Of a DNA stretch of 38,783 nucleotides, positions 18,480-27,268 are shown piece after piece (position 1 is the stretch's first letter; every line of letters starts with the position of its first letter). This DNA is from Pseudomonadota bacterium (GTDB taxonomy: Bacteria > Pseudomonadota > Alphaproteobacteria > Caulobacterales > Hyphomonadaceae). The translations under genes were made by a program, and so were the position numbers. The stretch spans positions 1-38,783 of the forward strand of contig JBCBQS010000001.1 in NCBI GenBank assembly GCA_039820085.1. Direction: 5' to 3'. A model generated the notes under the pieces. It ran no database searches. It saw nothing but the letters and a program-made list of their open reading frames with translations, and was not told the DNA's origin.

Positions 18480-20378
18480 ATGATAAAATCGCTGCTCATC
18501 GCAAACCGGGGAGAAATCGCTTGCCGGATCATGCGCACATGTAGAGCGCTCGGGATTCGCAGCATCGCGGTCTATTCGGATGCAGATGCCCGTGCCAAGC
18601 ACGTCCGCGACGCTGATGACGCTGTCTGGATTGGCGCTGCGGCTGCGACCGAAAGTTATTTGGATGGCGCGCGCATCATTGAAGCGGCGCAAAGTGCCGG
18701 CGTGGATGCGATCCATCCAGGATATGGCTTCTTGTCAGAAAATGCTGCCTTTGCCCGCGCAGTTGTCGATGCTGGATTGATCTGGGTCGGGCCAGCTGCG
18801 GATACGATTGAAGCGATGGGTCTGAAAGACCGCGCCAAAGCCATCGCAGAAGAGGCAGGCGTGCCTGTCTTGCCTGGCTATCGCGGCGACGCGCAAGACG
18901 CTAAAACGCTGCAAAAAGAAGCTGAGCGTATCGGCTATCCAATTCTGATCAAAGCGGTGGCTGGCGGTGGTGGCCGCGGCATTCGTTTGGTCTCGAAACC
19001 GGCGGAGCTCGCATCAGAGCTTGAGAGTGCGGTGCGCGAGGCCGAAGCGGCGTTTGGCGATGGTCGCGTGATGCTTGAAAAGCTCGTCGAACAACCGCGC
19101 CACATAGAGGTGCAAGTCTTTGGTGATGGACACGGTAATGCTGTGCACTTGTTCGAACGCGATTGCTCTTTGCAACGACGCCGCCAGAAAGTGATCGAAG
19201 AAGCACCAGCGCCGGGTATGCCAGCGGATGTCCGAAACGCCATGTGTGATGCGTCTGTGAAACTCGCCAAAGCGGTTGGATATCTAGGCGCGGGGACAGT
19301 GGAATTCATCGTCGATGGCTCGAAACCGCTTGCGCTCGATACGTTTTGGTTCCTTGAAATGAACACGCGCTTGCAGGTCGAGCACCCAGTAACCGAAATG
19401 GTGACGGGGACTGATCTGGTCGATTGGCAATTGCGAGTTGCGAGCGGTGAGAAGCTCCCTGCAAAACAGAAGGACATCACGCTCCACGGCCATGCAATCG
19501 AGGCCCGCATCTGCGCTGAAGATCCCGCGAATGGGTTTCGCCCGGGCGCTGGTTTGATCGAAGAATTTGGCATGTTGGCGGATCCAGACGCTGATTGGCT
19601 GCGCTGGGAAACGGGTTTTGAGAGCGGTGACCGAGTGCCTGCGGTTTACGACTCTATGATCGCCAAACTGGTTGTGTTCGGCGAAGACCGCGAGGACGCA
19701 AACGATCACTTAATCGACACGCTCGCGCATCTGCAACTAGTCGGTGTTCCGAGCAATATTGGCTTTTTGCGGCGCTGCGCCATGGCCGAAGCGTTTGTTG
19801 ATGGCACGCACCACGTGAACTGGATTGCTGAGCAAGGCGATGCATTGACGGTCGCGCCGTCTGCGCACCAGCACGCATCGGTGATGGCGGTTTGCGATGT
19901 CTTGCTGGGAGAAAGCGGAGACAGTCCTTGGAGTGTCCGTGATGGTTGGCGGATGAACGCGGCGCCCGTGACGAAAACGGCCGTCGCGGTTGGAGAGGAT
20001 GCTGATTGGTTTGATCCAACCGATCATGACGTCGCTGAAGACGTTTCCATGCCGTTGGTCACAGATCTCTCTGATCGGCGCTTTGCTGTGACGACCGGCG
20101 GCGACAGCGTGCTTGTCGAAGTGCCAGACTTCGAGGCTGAAGCTGAAGCTCTTGCCGGCGGTGACGCGGTCAAAGCACCTATGCCCGGCAAAGTGATCGC
20201 GCTGACGGTGAACCCCGGTGACAGCGTCACCAAAGGTCAAACCGTGGCCGTGATGGAGGCCATGAAAATGGAGCACTCTCTAACAGCACCCCGAGATGGG
20301 ACTGTTGCCGAGGTCGGTGCCGAACTCGGAGCGCAAGTCGCCGAGGGCACGATCTTGGTTGCTTTGGAAGAGGCTTAA
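18480..20378 (+). CDS. liuD: 3-methylcrotonyl-CoA carboxylase alpha subunit (biotin carboxylase + biotin carrier)
   Basis: ANRGEIACR, HPGYGFLSEN, ERDCSLQRRRQK, EMNTRLQVEHPVTE and EAMKMEH. Clustered with ivd, liuB and liuC. Confidence 0.88.
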   Translation: MIKSLLIANRGEIACRIMRTCRALGIRSIAVYSDADARAKHVRDADDAVWIGAAAATESYLDGARIIEAAQSAGVDAIHPGYGFLSENAAFARAVVDAGLIWVGPAADTIEAMGLKDRAKAIAEEAGVPVLPGYRGDAQDAKTLQKEAERIGYPILIKAVAGGGGRGIRLVSKPAELASELESAVREAEAAFGDGRVMLEKLVEQPRHIEVQVFGDGHGNAVHLFERDCSLQRRRQKVIEEAPAPGMPADVRNAMCDASVKLAKAVGYLGAGTVEFIVDGSKPLALDTFWFLEMNTRLQVEHPVTEMVTGTDLVDWQLRVASGEKLPAKQKDITLHGHAIEARICAEDPANGFRPGAGLIEEFGMLADPDADWLRWETGFESGDRVPAVYDSMIAKLVVFGEDREDANDHLIDTLAHLQLVGVPSNIGFLRRCAMAEAFVDGTHHVNWIAEQGDALTVAPSAHQHASVMAVCDVLLGESGDSPWSVRDGWRMNAAPVTKTAVAVGEDADWFDPTDHDVAEDVSMPLVTDLSDRRFAVTTGGDSVLVEVPDFEAEAEALAGGDAVKAPMPGKVIALTVNPGDSVTKGQTVAVMEAMKMEHSLTAPRDGTVAEVGAELGAQVAEGTILVALEEA

Positions 20379-20425
20379 GCACCCGCCCCAATCCGACCGG
20401 ATCTTATCGATCGTTAAATGTGCGC

Positions 20426-21748
20426 ATGACAGACATGGATGGCGCTTTGGCGCTGACCTGGGACGATTGGTGGGACGAACACTATCGCACAGGGCAATAC
20501 TTTACGCGGCCGCAATTGCTCGCTTTGCGGCGCTTTCCGTTTTTGGCAACAGCGCGGCGACCTCAGCGCCCGCCACACGGAGACTGGCGAACCTGGCTCT
20601 TTATTGGCGGACGCGGCGCAGGAAAAACGCGCGCTGGCGCTGAATGGGTTCGGTTTTCGGCGCTCTATGGTGGCTGTCGGCGCATCGCGCTTATTGGACC
20701 AACATTGAGCGACGTGCGTGAAGTGATGATTGAGGGTCCCTCTGGGATCTGTACGATCGAGCCGAGCGATCATTGGCGTCCAGAGTATAACGTCTCGCGC
20801 CGCAGACTCGAATGGACAAATGGGGCGGTTGCTTTTGCGTTTTCGGCGGAAGATCCCGAAAGTTTGAGAGGCCCGCAGTTTGATGCGGCCTGGTGTGATG
20901 AGATCGCCGTTTGGCCGAACGGTGAAACGGTTTGGAACAATTTACAGTTTGGGCTGCGCCTTGGCATTCAGCCGCGATGCGTTGCCACGACCACCCCGAA
21001 ACCCGTTCCTTTGGTCCGGCGGCTCATGGCAGGAGGCGCGCGTGTAACGCACAGCGCGACACGCGACAACGAAACCAACTTGGCGGAGGATTTCGTCCGT
21101 GACATCGAAAAAGCCTACACGGGAACAACGCTCGCGCGCCAAGAGTTAGAGGGCGAGTTGATTGAAGATCTTGAGCACGCACTGTGGCGGCGCAGTGACA
21201 TTGATCGGTTGCGTGTAGATGAAGCCCCTGAGCGCTTTGACGATATGATCGTCGCGATTGATCCAGCGACCACCAGTCATGCCGGGTCAGACGCTTGCGG
21301 GATCATTGCGGCTGGGGTGGTGCGTGCGCCCGGTTCGGAAGATAAATGCTATATCCTCGCAGATGCGACCCAGCGCGGATTGAAGCCGCAAGACTGGGCC
21401 GCGCGCGCGCTTTCAGTCGCGGATCTTTATGGCGCTTCATGCCTCGTCGCAGAGGCCAACCAGGGCGGAGAAATGCTACGAACTATCTTCGAGAGTCTCG
21501 GGTGTCGATTGCCCATTCAATTGGTCCATGCCCGACTTGGTAAAAAGGCGCGCGCGATGCCCGTCGCCGCTCTTTACGGACAAGGATTGGTCGCGCATGT
21601 CGGGATGTTCAAGGCGCTTGAAGACGAAATGTGTCGCTTTGGAACCGACAGTTTGACCGGCTCACCTGACCGCGTCGATGCTTTGGTTTGGGCGGTTAGC
21701 GTATTGATGCTTTCGAACAGCGGCGCACCGCGCATTCGAAGGCTCTAA
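20426..21748 (+). CDS. GTA terminase large subunit (g2)
   Basis: Walker A GGRGAGKT, LRGPQFDAAWCDE, TTTPK, and nuclease motifs VAIDP, EANQGG and SPDRVDALVW. Start is 20426 or 20435. Confidence 0.95.
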   Translation: MTDMDGALALTWDDWWDEHYRTGQYFTRPQLLALRRFPFLATARRPQRPPHGDWRTWLFIGGRGAGKTRAGAEWVRFSALYGGCRRIALIGPTLSDVREVMIEGPSGICTIEPSDHWRPEYNVSRRRLEWTNGAVAFAFSAEDPESLRGPQFDAAWCDEIAVWPNGETVWNNLQFGLRLGIQPRCVATTTPKPVPLVRRLMAGGARVTHSATRDNETNLAEDFVRDIEKAYTGTTLARQELEGELIEDLEHALWRRSDIDRLRVDEAPERFDDMIVAIDPATTSHAGSDACGIIAAGVVRAPGSEDKCYILADATQRGLKPQDWAARALSVADLYGASCLVAEANQGGEMLRTIFESLGCRLPIQLVHARLGKKARAMPVAALYGQGLVAHVGMFKALEDEMCRFGTDSLTGSPDRVDALVWAVSVLMLSNSGAPRIRRL

Positions 21749-22173
21749 CGGCCCGTGCGGAAGGCCTTTCGACCCAGATACTTGTTCTTTCTAGGTGGGG
21801 TTTCTGAAGACGACGCGGACGCGGGCGCTTCGCTCTCAGTCGGGGTGACATCGCCGCCCAGGATCGAACGCACATAGGCGAGCGCAGAACTCCCGGTATT
21901 TACTTCAATCTCAGGCGCGCCGCGGTCCAGGCGTCGCGCCAATAGCTTAATGTGGTGTGGGCTGAGCCCATCTAGCGTCTTCTCAAACACGTCATCACCC
22001 AGGGCCGATTTGAGCGCAAGCAGGTCGTCTTTGGTGAGACCGGCCGCCGTGACTTGTTTGCGGGCGAGTTTACTGGCGAGGGCGACAAGATCGCTGTCTT
22101 TCACTCTCGGGAACAAACTCTCATCACTTAAGATGGCTGAGAGGGCTTCGTGTCCAATCCCTGATCGTGTCAT
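21745..22173 (-). CDS. Hypothetical protein, probable partner of the upstream ParA-family ATPase
   Basis: Starts 5 bp after the ParA stop on the same strand. Helical body, S/P/E linker, basic C-terminal tail. Its stop overlaps the terminase stop. Confidence 0.75.
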   Translation of the reverse strand: MTRSGIGHEALSAILSDESLFPRVKDSDLVALASKLARKQVTAAGLTKDDLLALKSALGDDVFEKTLDGLSPHHIKLLARRLDRGAPEIEVNTGSSALAYVRSILGGDVTPTESEAPASASSSETPPRKNKYLGRKAFRTGR

Positions 22174-22178
22174 GCTTT

Positions 22179-23087
22179 TTATGCCGCTGCGTTGGTGCTT
22201 TGCGCCGCGAGTCGCGCCTGTACGTCTTGGTATAGCATATTCACCACTGTCAGCGCATCACCCGGCCACTTTTGCGCGAGTGTTGGATTTGCGCCGAGCT
22301 CGACAGGGTTTGCTGCAAACTCTTGCTTTTGCGGAATAACCGTCTGGAAGATGTCATATTCACTCTCAGGGTCGGTTGCGCCTTCACGCATGGCTTCGAG
22401 GACGATGCTTTGATGCGGTGAGCCGTCAAATTTGGTGGCCAGCACGACAGGACGATTGCTCAAGCCCCGCTTTTTAAGGCTTTCGATGATGTCGCCCGTG
22501 AAGAGGTCCAGACCGAGTGTCGACATGAAATCCGGAATGGTGGGAACGATGATGAGATCAGATGCTGACAGTGTGGCCTCTGTCATCGCTGAAATCCCAG
22601 GGGGGCAATCACAGATGACAATATCATATTGCTTGCGCAGGTCGGCCATATCCTGGCGCAATCTCAAGCCGACGCGACCCTCAATCGCTGTCATCGAATA
22701 TCCTTGCTCTGTGAGAATATAGATCAGCTCTCGTTCGGCGCGTCTGAGGCCCGGCGTCGCTGGAACCAATGAAAGGTCCAGCGCATTGCCCATGAACGTG
22801 ACATCACTCGCATTCGGGACGATAAATTTCGTCATATGTGCGAAACACTCACCGAGGAAGTTTTCGCGCAAATAGTCAGAGACGTTGGTATAATTGTGGA
22901 TCGCATCATAGAGCCGTTCGTCGCCAGTCTCACCAAAGATCAGTAAGGATGCGTTCGCTTGGCTGTCGAGGTCAACGACGAGCGTTTTATACCCCTCAGC
23001 GGCAAACGCCTCAGCAAGAGAAACGGTGGTTGTCGTTTTACCGACGCCGCCTTTGGAATTGGCAACAGAAATAACGCGTCCGAGCAT
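22179..23087 (-). CDS. ParA/Soj-family ATPase
   Basis: Deviant Walker A KGGVGKTT, switch I DLDSQANAS, and ICDCPPG. AAGAGGGGG RBS. Confidence 0.93.
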   Translation of the reverse strand: MLGRVISVANSKGGVGKTTTTVSLAEAFAAEGYKTLVVDLDSQANASLLIFGETGDERLYDAIHNYTNVSDYLRENFLGECFAHMTKFIVPNASDVTFMGNALDLSLVPATPGLRRAERELIYILTEQGYSMTAIEGRVGLRLRQDMADLRKQYDIVICDCPPGISAMTEATLSASDLIIVPTIPDFMSTLGLDLFTGDIIESLKKRGLSNRPVVLATKFDGSPHQSIVLEAMREGATDPESEYDIFQTVIPQKQEFAANPVELGANPTLAQKWPGDALTVVNMLYQDVQARLAAQSTNAAA

Positions 23088-23280
23088 TTAGCCCCCTCTT
23101 AGTATCCGCAATATCGCGCGAGAATAATCTACCCAAGATCCCGCTAAAGCGAGGATCCAAATTGGTTTGTCCCGAGCACCACACACAAAAAGACTTAAGA
23201 AATTGGAAACCAATCCGACCGGGCTTTGACGGGAGTAATTTCCGTAGCGTTGAGACGTGTAGGAGGTCGCCGCGAGGCCC

Positions 23281-24390
23281 ATGAAGCTGCCCTGGACTAA
23301 GATCGAACAGAAGAACGCGCCGCCCCTGATTGCACTGTCGCAATTGCCGCTGACGGATTGGGGGCGCCTCGATCCGACGGCTTTGGTGCGCGATGGATAT
23401 GTCGGCAATGCCATTGCCTATCGGTGCGTGCGAATGATCGCAGAAGCCGCCGCATCGATCGTGTTCAAAGCCAGCGATAATCGCGTTGAATCCCTTTTAA
23501 ATGAACCGTCTCCGGATGAGGCCGGCCAAGCGCTTCGAGAACGTCTTTATACTGACCTTCAAATCACCGGAAATGCCTGGCTCGAAGCCGTTACGCCGAT
23601 CGACCATTCTGTCCCAAAGGGCTTGTTTGCGCTTCGAACAGATTGCGTGTCGATCCGCACCAATGATTTGGGGCAGCCGCTCGGTGTTGCTGTGAGATTG
23701 AAACGCGGCGAGCGGGTCATCAAACGCGATCCGGATGGATGGTCACCGGTCCTGCATCTCAAGCTCTATCATCCTGGTGACAGCTTATACGGCCTGTCTC
23801 CGCTGGCAGCGGCTCGAAAAGCTCTGGACATTCACAATGGCGCGGCCGGTTGGGCGAAAGCACTGATCGATAATGCGGCCCGGCCGTCGGGCGCCCTGAT
23901 GTATGGCAAAGACGGGGCGCGCATGACCAATGAGCAATTTGATCGATTGAAAGATCAATTGCAGACACAGCATGCGGGCGCCACAAATGCCGGGCGGCCG
24001 CTCTTGCTTGAAGGCGGGTTGGATTGGCGGCCCATGAGCTTGTCACCCGTTGAGATGGATTTCACAGAAACGCGACATGCAGCAGCGCGCGAAATTGCGC
24101 TGGCCTTCGGGGTGCCACCGATGCTGCTTGGGATTCCGGGGGACAATACATATGCGACGTATAAAGAAGCGCATCTGGCCTTTTGGCGGCTTACGATCCT
24201 GCCGCTTGTTCAAAAAACCGCCAACGCCTTTTCTGTCTGGTTGAGTGGACGGTTTGACGATGGATCGGTGCAAGTCGATCGAGAGTCTGTGCCCGCTTTT
24301 GTATCTGAACAGGACGCCCTATGGGCGCGAATCTCAGAGGCCGATTTCTTAAGCGCAGACGAAAAACGCGACCTGTTGGGGATAAAATAA
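23281..24390 (+). CDS. GTA portal protein, HK97 family (g3)
   Basis: AYRCVRMIAEAAA, YGLSPL.AA, NAARPSGAL, LLEGGLDW and AFGVPPMLLGIPGDNTY. Confidence 0.96.
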   Translation: MKLPWTKIEQKNAPPLIALSQLPLTDWGRLDPTALVRDGYVGNAIAYRCVRMIAEAAASIVFKASDNRVESLLNEPSPDEAGQALRERLYTDLQITGNAWLEAVTPIDHSVPKGLFALRTDCVSIRTNDLGQPLGVAVRLKRGERVIKRDPDGWSPVLHLKLYHPGDSLYGLSPLAAARKALDIHNGAAGWAKALIDNAARPSGALMYGKDGARMTNEQFDRLKDQLQTQHAGATNAGRPLLLEGGLDWRPMSLSPVEMDFTETRHAAAREIALAFGVPPMLLGIPGDNTYATYKEAHLAFWRLTILPLVQKTANAFSVWLSGRFDDGSVQVDRESVPAFVSEQDALWARISEADFLSADEKRDLLGIK

Positions 24391-24614
24391 TGCTTCAAAA
24401 ACGGGTCAGTATGGCCGTTTTGATCGCGATCGCGATTGAGACGGCAGCAGGATTAATTTGGGCCGGCGCCACGCTTGAGCGGATCGATACGCTGGAGCGC
24501 GAAGCGGCTGAATCACGCCCAGTGGCTGAACGATTGGCGCGTGTGGAAGCGCAATTAGAAGCGGTCAACGCACAGCTTGATCGGATCGAAATGAAAATCG
24601 AGGCGAGAGAATGA
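24390..24614 (+). CDS. GTA g3.5-like small protein (hydrophobic N-terminus + coiled coil)
   Basis: ATG overlaps the portal TAA. Positioned between portal and protease. ERLARVEAQL heptads. Confidence 0.7.
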   Translation: MLQKRVSMAVLIAIAIETAAGLIWAGATLERIDTLEREAAESRPVAERLARVEAQLEAVNAQLDRIEMKIEARE

Positions 24615-25042
24615 GCTTGCTGTCGCGATCGGTTCCGAACCATCACTGCGGTATTTTGATCGAAGGCTATGCGTCGCGCTTCAATGTCGAAGATCGCAGC
24701 GGCGATGTCGTCCGACCAGGCGCGTTCGCTTTGAGTTTGAGATCGGGTCCGAAACCGATGCTGTTGCATCATCATGCTGGCGCGGTTTCCGGACGTTGGG
24801 TGCGCATGGTGGAAGATGGTTGCGGGTTGTTCGTCCGTGGACTGATTGAGTCACCCGCAGCTCAAATTCTGATGGAAGGCGGACTGTCTGGTCTCTCTAT
24901 CGGATTTCGCCCGCAAGTCTGGACCGTGCGTCCGCAAGCGGGGCGCGTTCTGGTCAAAGTGGATTTGGTTGAAGTGTCCTTGGTCGCGGAGCCCATGCTC
25001 GACACCGCGCGCTTCAAAGTGATTTCTGGATTAGCTCAATAG
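24611..25042 (+). CDS. GTA prohead protease, HK97 family (g4)
   Basis: IEGYASRF, DVVRPGAF, ML..H, GLSIGF and LVEVSLV..PM. Confidence 0.93.
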   Translation: MSLLSRSVPNHHCGILIEGYASRFNVEDRSGDVVRPGAFALSLRSGPKPMLLHHHAGAVSGRWVRMVEDGCGLFVRGLIESPAAQILMEGGLSGLSIGFRPQVWTVRPQAGRVLVKVDLVEVSLVAEPMLDTARFKVISGLAQ

Positions 25043-25050
25043 GAGAAGAT

Positions 25051-26226
25051 ATGAGCAAAGAAACCAAAGCTCTCAATGGAGAGTCAAAGGCTCTGGTCGC
25101 CGAATTGATGGCAACATTCGAAGCCTATAAACAAGCGAATGATGACCGCTTGGCGGACATTGAAGCCAAGGGGTCGGCCGATACGCTGATCGATGAAAAA
25201 CTGAGCAAGATGGATCGTCGCTTAGACCTGCTAAGCTTGAAGTCGGCGCGATCAGATGAGGCGCATCCTGACGCTGAACCAGATGCGCATTCGACAGCCT
25301 GGGCAAGATATATGCGGGCGGGTGATGAAAGCGGTCTTGCGCGTCTTGATACAAAGGCCCTGACGGCTGGAACAGATGATCAAGGCGGCTATGTCGCGCC
25401 ACCCGAGCTTGACCGGATGATTGAAGCCCGCTTGCTGCAATCCTCGCCGATGCGCCAAATTGCGAGTGTTCGGCAAACCTCGTCTGGTCTGTTCCGTAAA
25501 CCCGTCTCGCTCGGCGTTGAGGCCGATTGGGCCAGCGAAACTCAAGCGCGAGCAGAGACAACGACTGACGGACTGACCTTGCTCGAGTTCCCGGCAGGTG
25601 AGCTCTATGCGATGCCAGCGGCCACCCAAACGCTTCTCGAAGATACCTATGCCGACATTGATGAATGGCTGGCGGATGAAGTCGAAACAGCGTTTTCCGT
25701 ACAAGAAAGCCGAGCGTTTGTTCGCGGCGATGGCGCGAATAAGCCAAAAGGGTTTTTCGATTACGGTCTGGTGCCCGAAAGCACTCATACATGGGGTCGG
25801 ATCGGTGTCATTGACGGCGACTTTACTCAAACCAATGCTGGCGATCAGCTGATTGACCTCATCTACACGCCGAAAAGCCAGTTTCGCGCCAATGGGCGCT
25901 TTGTCATGAACCGGCAAACCACCGCGGATGTCCGAAAGCTGAAAGACGGAGACGGGCGGTATCTCTGGTCGCCGGGCATCAATGGCGCTGAAGCGACCAT
26001 TATGGGCTATCCCGTCACGGAAATGGAAGACATGCCAAATATTGGCGCAGCCCAGCCAGCGATTGCGTTTGGAGATTTCAAGCGCGGTTACTTAATTGTT
26101 GATCGCCAAGGCGCGCGGGTCTTGCGCGATCCGTTCTCGTCCAAGCCGTACGTGCTTTTCTACACGACAAAGCGTGTGGGCGGCGGGGTTCAAAATTTCG
26201 ACGCCATCAAAGCGATGGTCTTTTAA
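25051..26226 (+). CDS. GTA major capsid protein (g5)
   Basis: GGYVAP, SPMRQIA, GELYAMPAATQTLL, GDG.NKPKG and RDPFSSKPYVLFYTTKRVGGGV. AGGAG RBS. Confidence 0.97.
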   Translation: MSKETKALNGESKALVAELMATFEAYKQANDDRLADIEAKGSADTLIDEKLSKMDRRLDLLSLKSARSDEAHPDAEPDAHSTAWARYMRAGDESGLARLDTKALTAGTDDQGGYVAPPELDRMIEARLLQSSPMRQIASVRQTSSGLFRKPVSLGVEADWASETQARAETTTDGLTLLEFPAGELYAMPAATQTLLEDTYADIDEWLADEVETAFSVQESRAFVRGDGANKPKGFFDYGLVPESTHTWGRIGVIDGDFTQTNAGDQLIDLIYTPKSQFRANGRFVMNRQTTADVRKLKDGDGRYLWSPGINGAEATIMGYPVTEMEDMPNIGAAQPAIAFGDFKRGYLIVDRQGARVLRDPFSSKPYVLFYTTKRVGGGVQNFDAIKAMVF

Positions 26227-26268
26227 TCGCCCGCTTGGTTTGAGCTTCAATCGAAGAGGAGGTCTGAG

Positions 26269-26841
26269 ATGACAGACCTGACGGTGTTGTCGGCACCGAA
26301 CGCGCCAGCTGTATCGCTTGATCTGGTCAAAGACTATCTTGGTGTGGGTCATGATGGCGAAGACCGCTTGATCGGTGACCTGTTGCAATCTGCGGTATCG
26401 CGGGTGACACAGGTCGCTGAGATCGCTTTAGTTCGCCAAACGTTTGAGCAGCGCTGGTTGACTTGGCCGGCTGAACTCGCCGGGCGCGGAGCGCGCCTCG
26501 CACGGCGACCCGTTCGCTCCCTTCTTTCAGTCGGGATCGAGCGGGATGATGGAACACTCGAAGATCACTCGGAGCGTTTTACGCTCGCGTCTGGGCGGGT
26601 CCGTTTGCGGCCGTGGAGTATGTTACCGCCAATTGCATCACCCGCCCGCGCTCGGCTGGTCTTCGAAGCGGGTTATGACGATGCTGACTCGGTGCCTGCA
26701 GACTTGCGCGAAGCGGTCTTGCGCTTGGTTGCATCAATGTACCAGGCAAGACCCTTGGTGCCTAATGACGCTGGGCTAGACGTCAGTTTGCCTGCAGACG
26801 TTCAAGCCATCCTCAACGCGCATGATGAGGTCCGGCTATGA
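26269..26841 (+). CDS. GTA head-tail connector/adaptor (g6)
   Basis: VSL..VKDYL.V....ED.LI and F.AGY.....VPADLREA.L.LVA..Y. Follows the capsid gene. GGAGG RBS. Confidence 0.88.
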   Translation: MTDLTVLSAPNAPAVSLDLVKDYLGVGHDGEDRLIGDLLQSAVSRVTQVAEIALVRQTFEQRWLTWPAELAGRGARLARRPVRSLLSVGIERDDGTLEDHSERFTLASGRVRLRPWSMLPPIASPARARLVFEAGYDDADSVPADLREAVLRLVASMYQARPLVPNDAGLDVSLPADVQAILNAHDEVRL

Positions 26842-27266
26842 GCGCCGACGGTTTCCTTGCAAACAGCGAGACCGAACTCTTATCGACGCTTTTGGCAGCG
26901 CTACGTGGCGACACTGAGATCGTTGATCTACTCGGAGACCCGCCACGCATCTTTGATGGAGACGCCGTTTCCGCCATTGAGCCGTACATAGACGTCGAGC
27001 GATTTGAGACGACGGAATCGAGCGTCAGCGGTATGAGAGGCTTCGAACATTTGCTCCAATTTGCGGTCCACTCGCGGCATGGCGGTTTGGTCGAAGCGAA
27101 AGCGATTCTCGGCGCGTTACGACAGGCTTTGGAAGGTTTGTCGCTGAACCTCATCACGCAGCGGGTGACGCTGATCATTCCGACCTATTGCGACGTGATG
27201 CGCAGCAAAAGCGCGCAAACTTTTCGCGGCGTCTTTCGGGTCCGCATTCACACAGAGGAGATCTAA
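26838..27266 (+). CDS. GTA tail terminator, DUF3168-like (g8)
   Basis: L.GD.....L....RIFD, G.EH.L...V.SR.GG..EAK.I and GV.R.R. Precedes the tail tube gene. Confidence 0.85.
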   Translation: MSADGFLANSETELLSTLLAALRGDTEIVDLLGDPPRIFDGDAVSAIEPYIDVERFETTESSVSGMRGFEHLLQFAVHSRHGGLVEAKAILGALRQALEGLSLNLITQRVTLIIPTYCDVMRSKSAQTFRGVFRVRIHTEEI

Positions 27267-27268
27267 TT

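Noticed and set aside
22179-23087. ParA as chromosomal parA, MipZ or MinD
   Set aside because: No parB/gidAB or minCE context. No MinD membrane helix, and the sequence does not look like MipZ by eye.
23088-23414. 108-aa minus-strand ORF abutting the ParA start
   Set aside because: It overlaps the portal gene antisense, spans the likely promoter region and has no recognisable motif.
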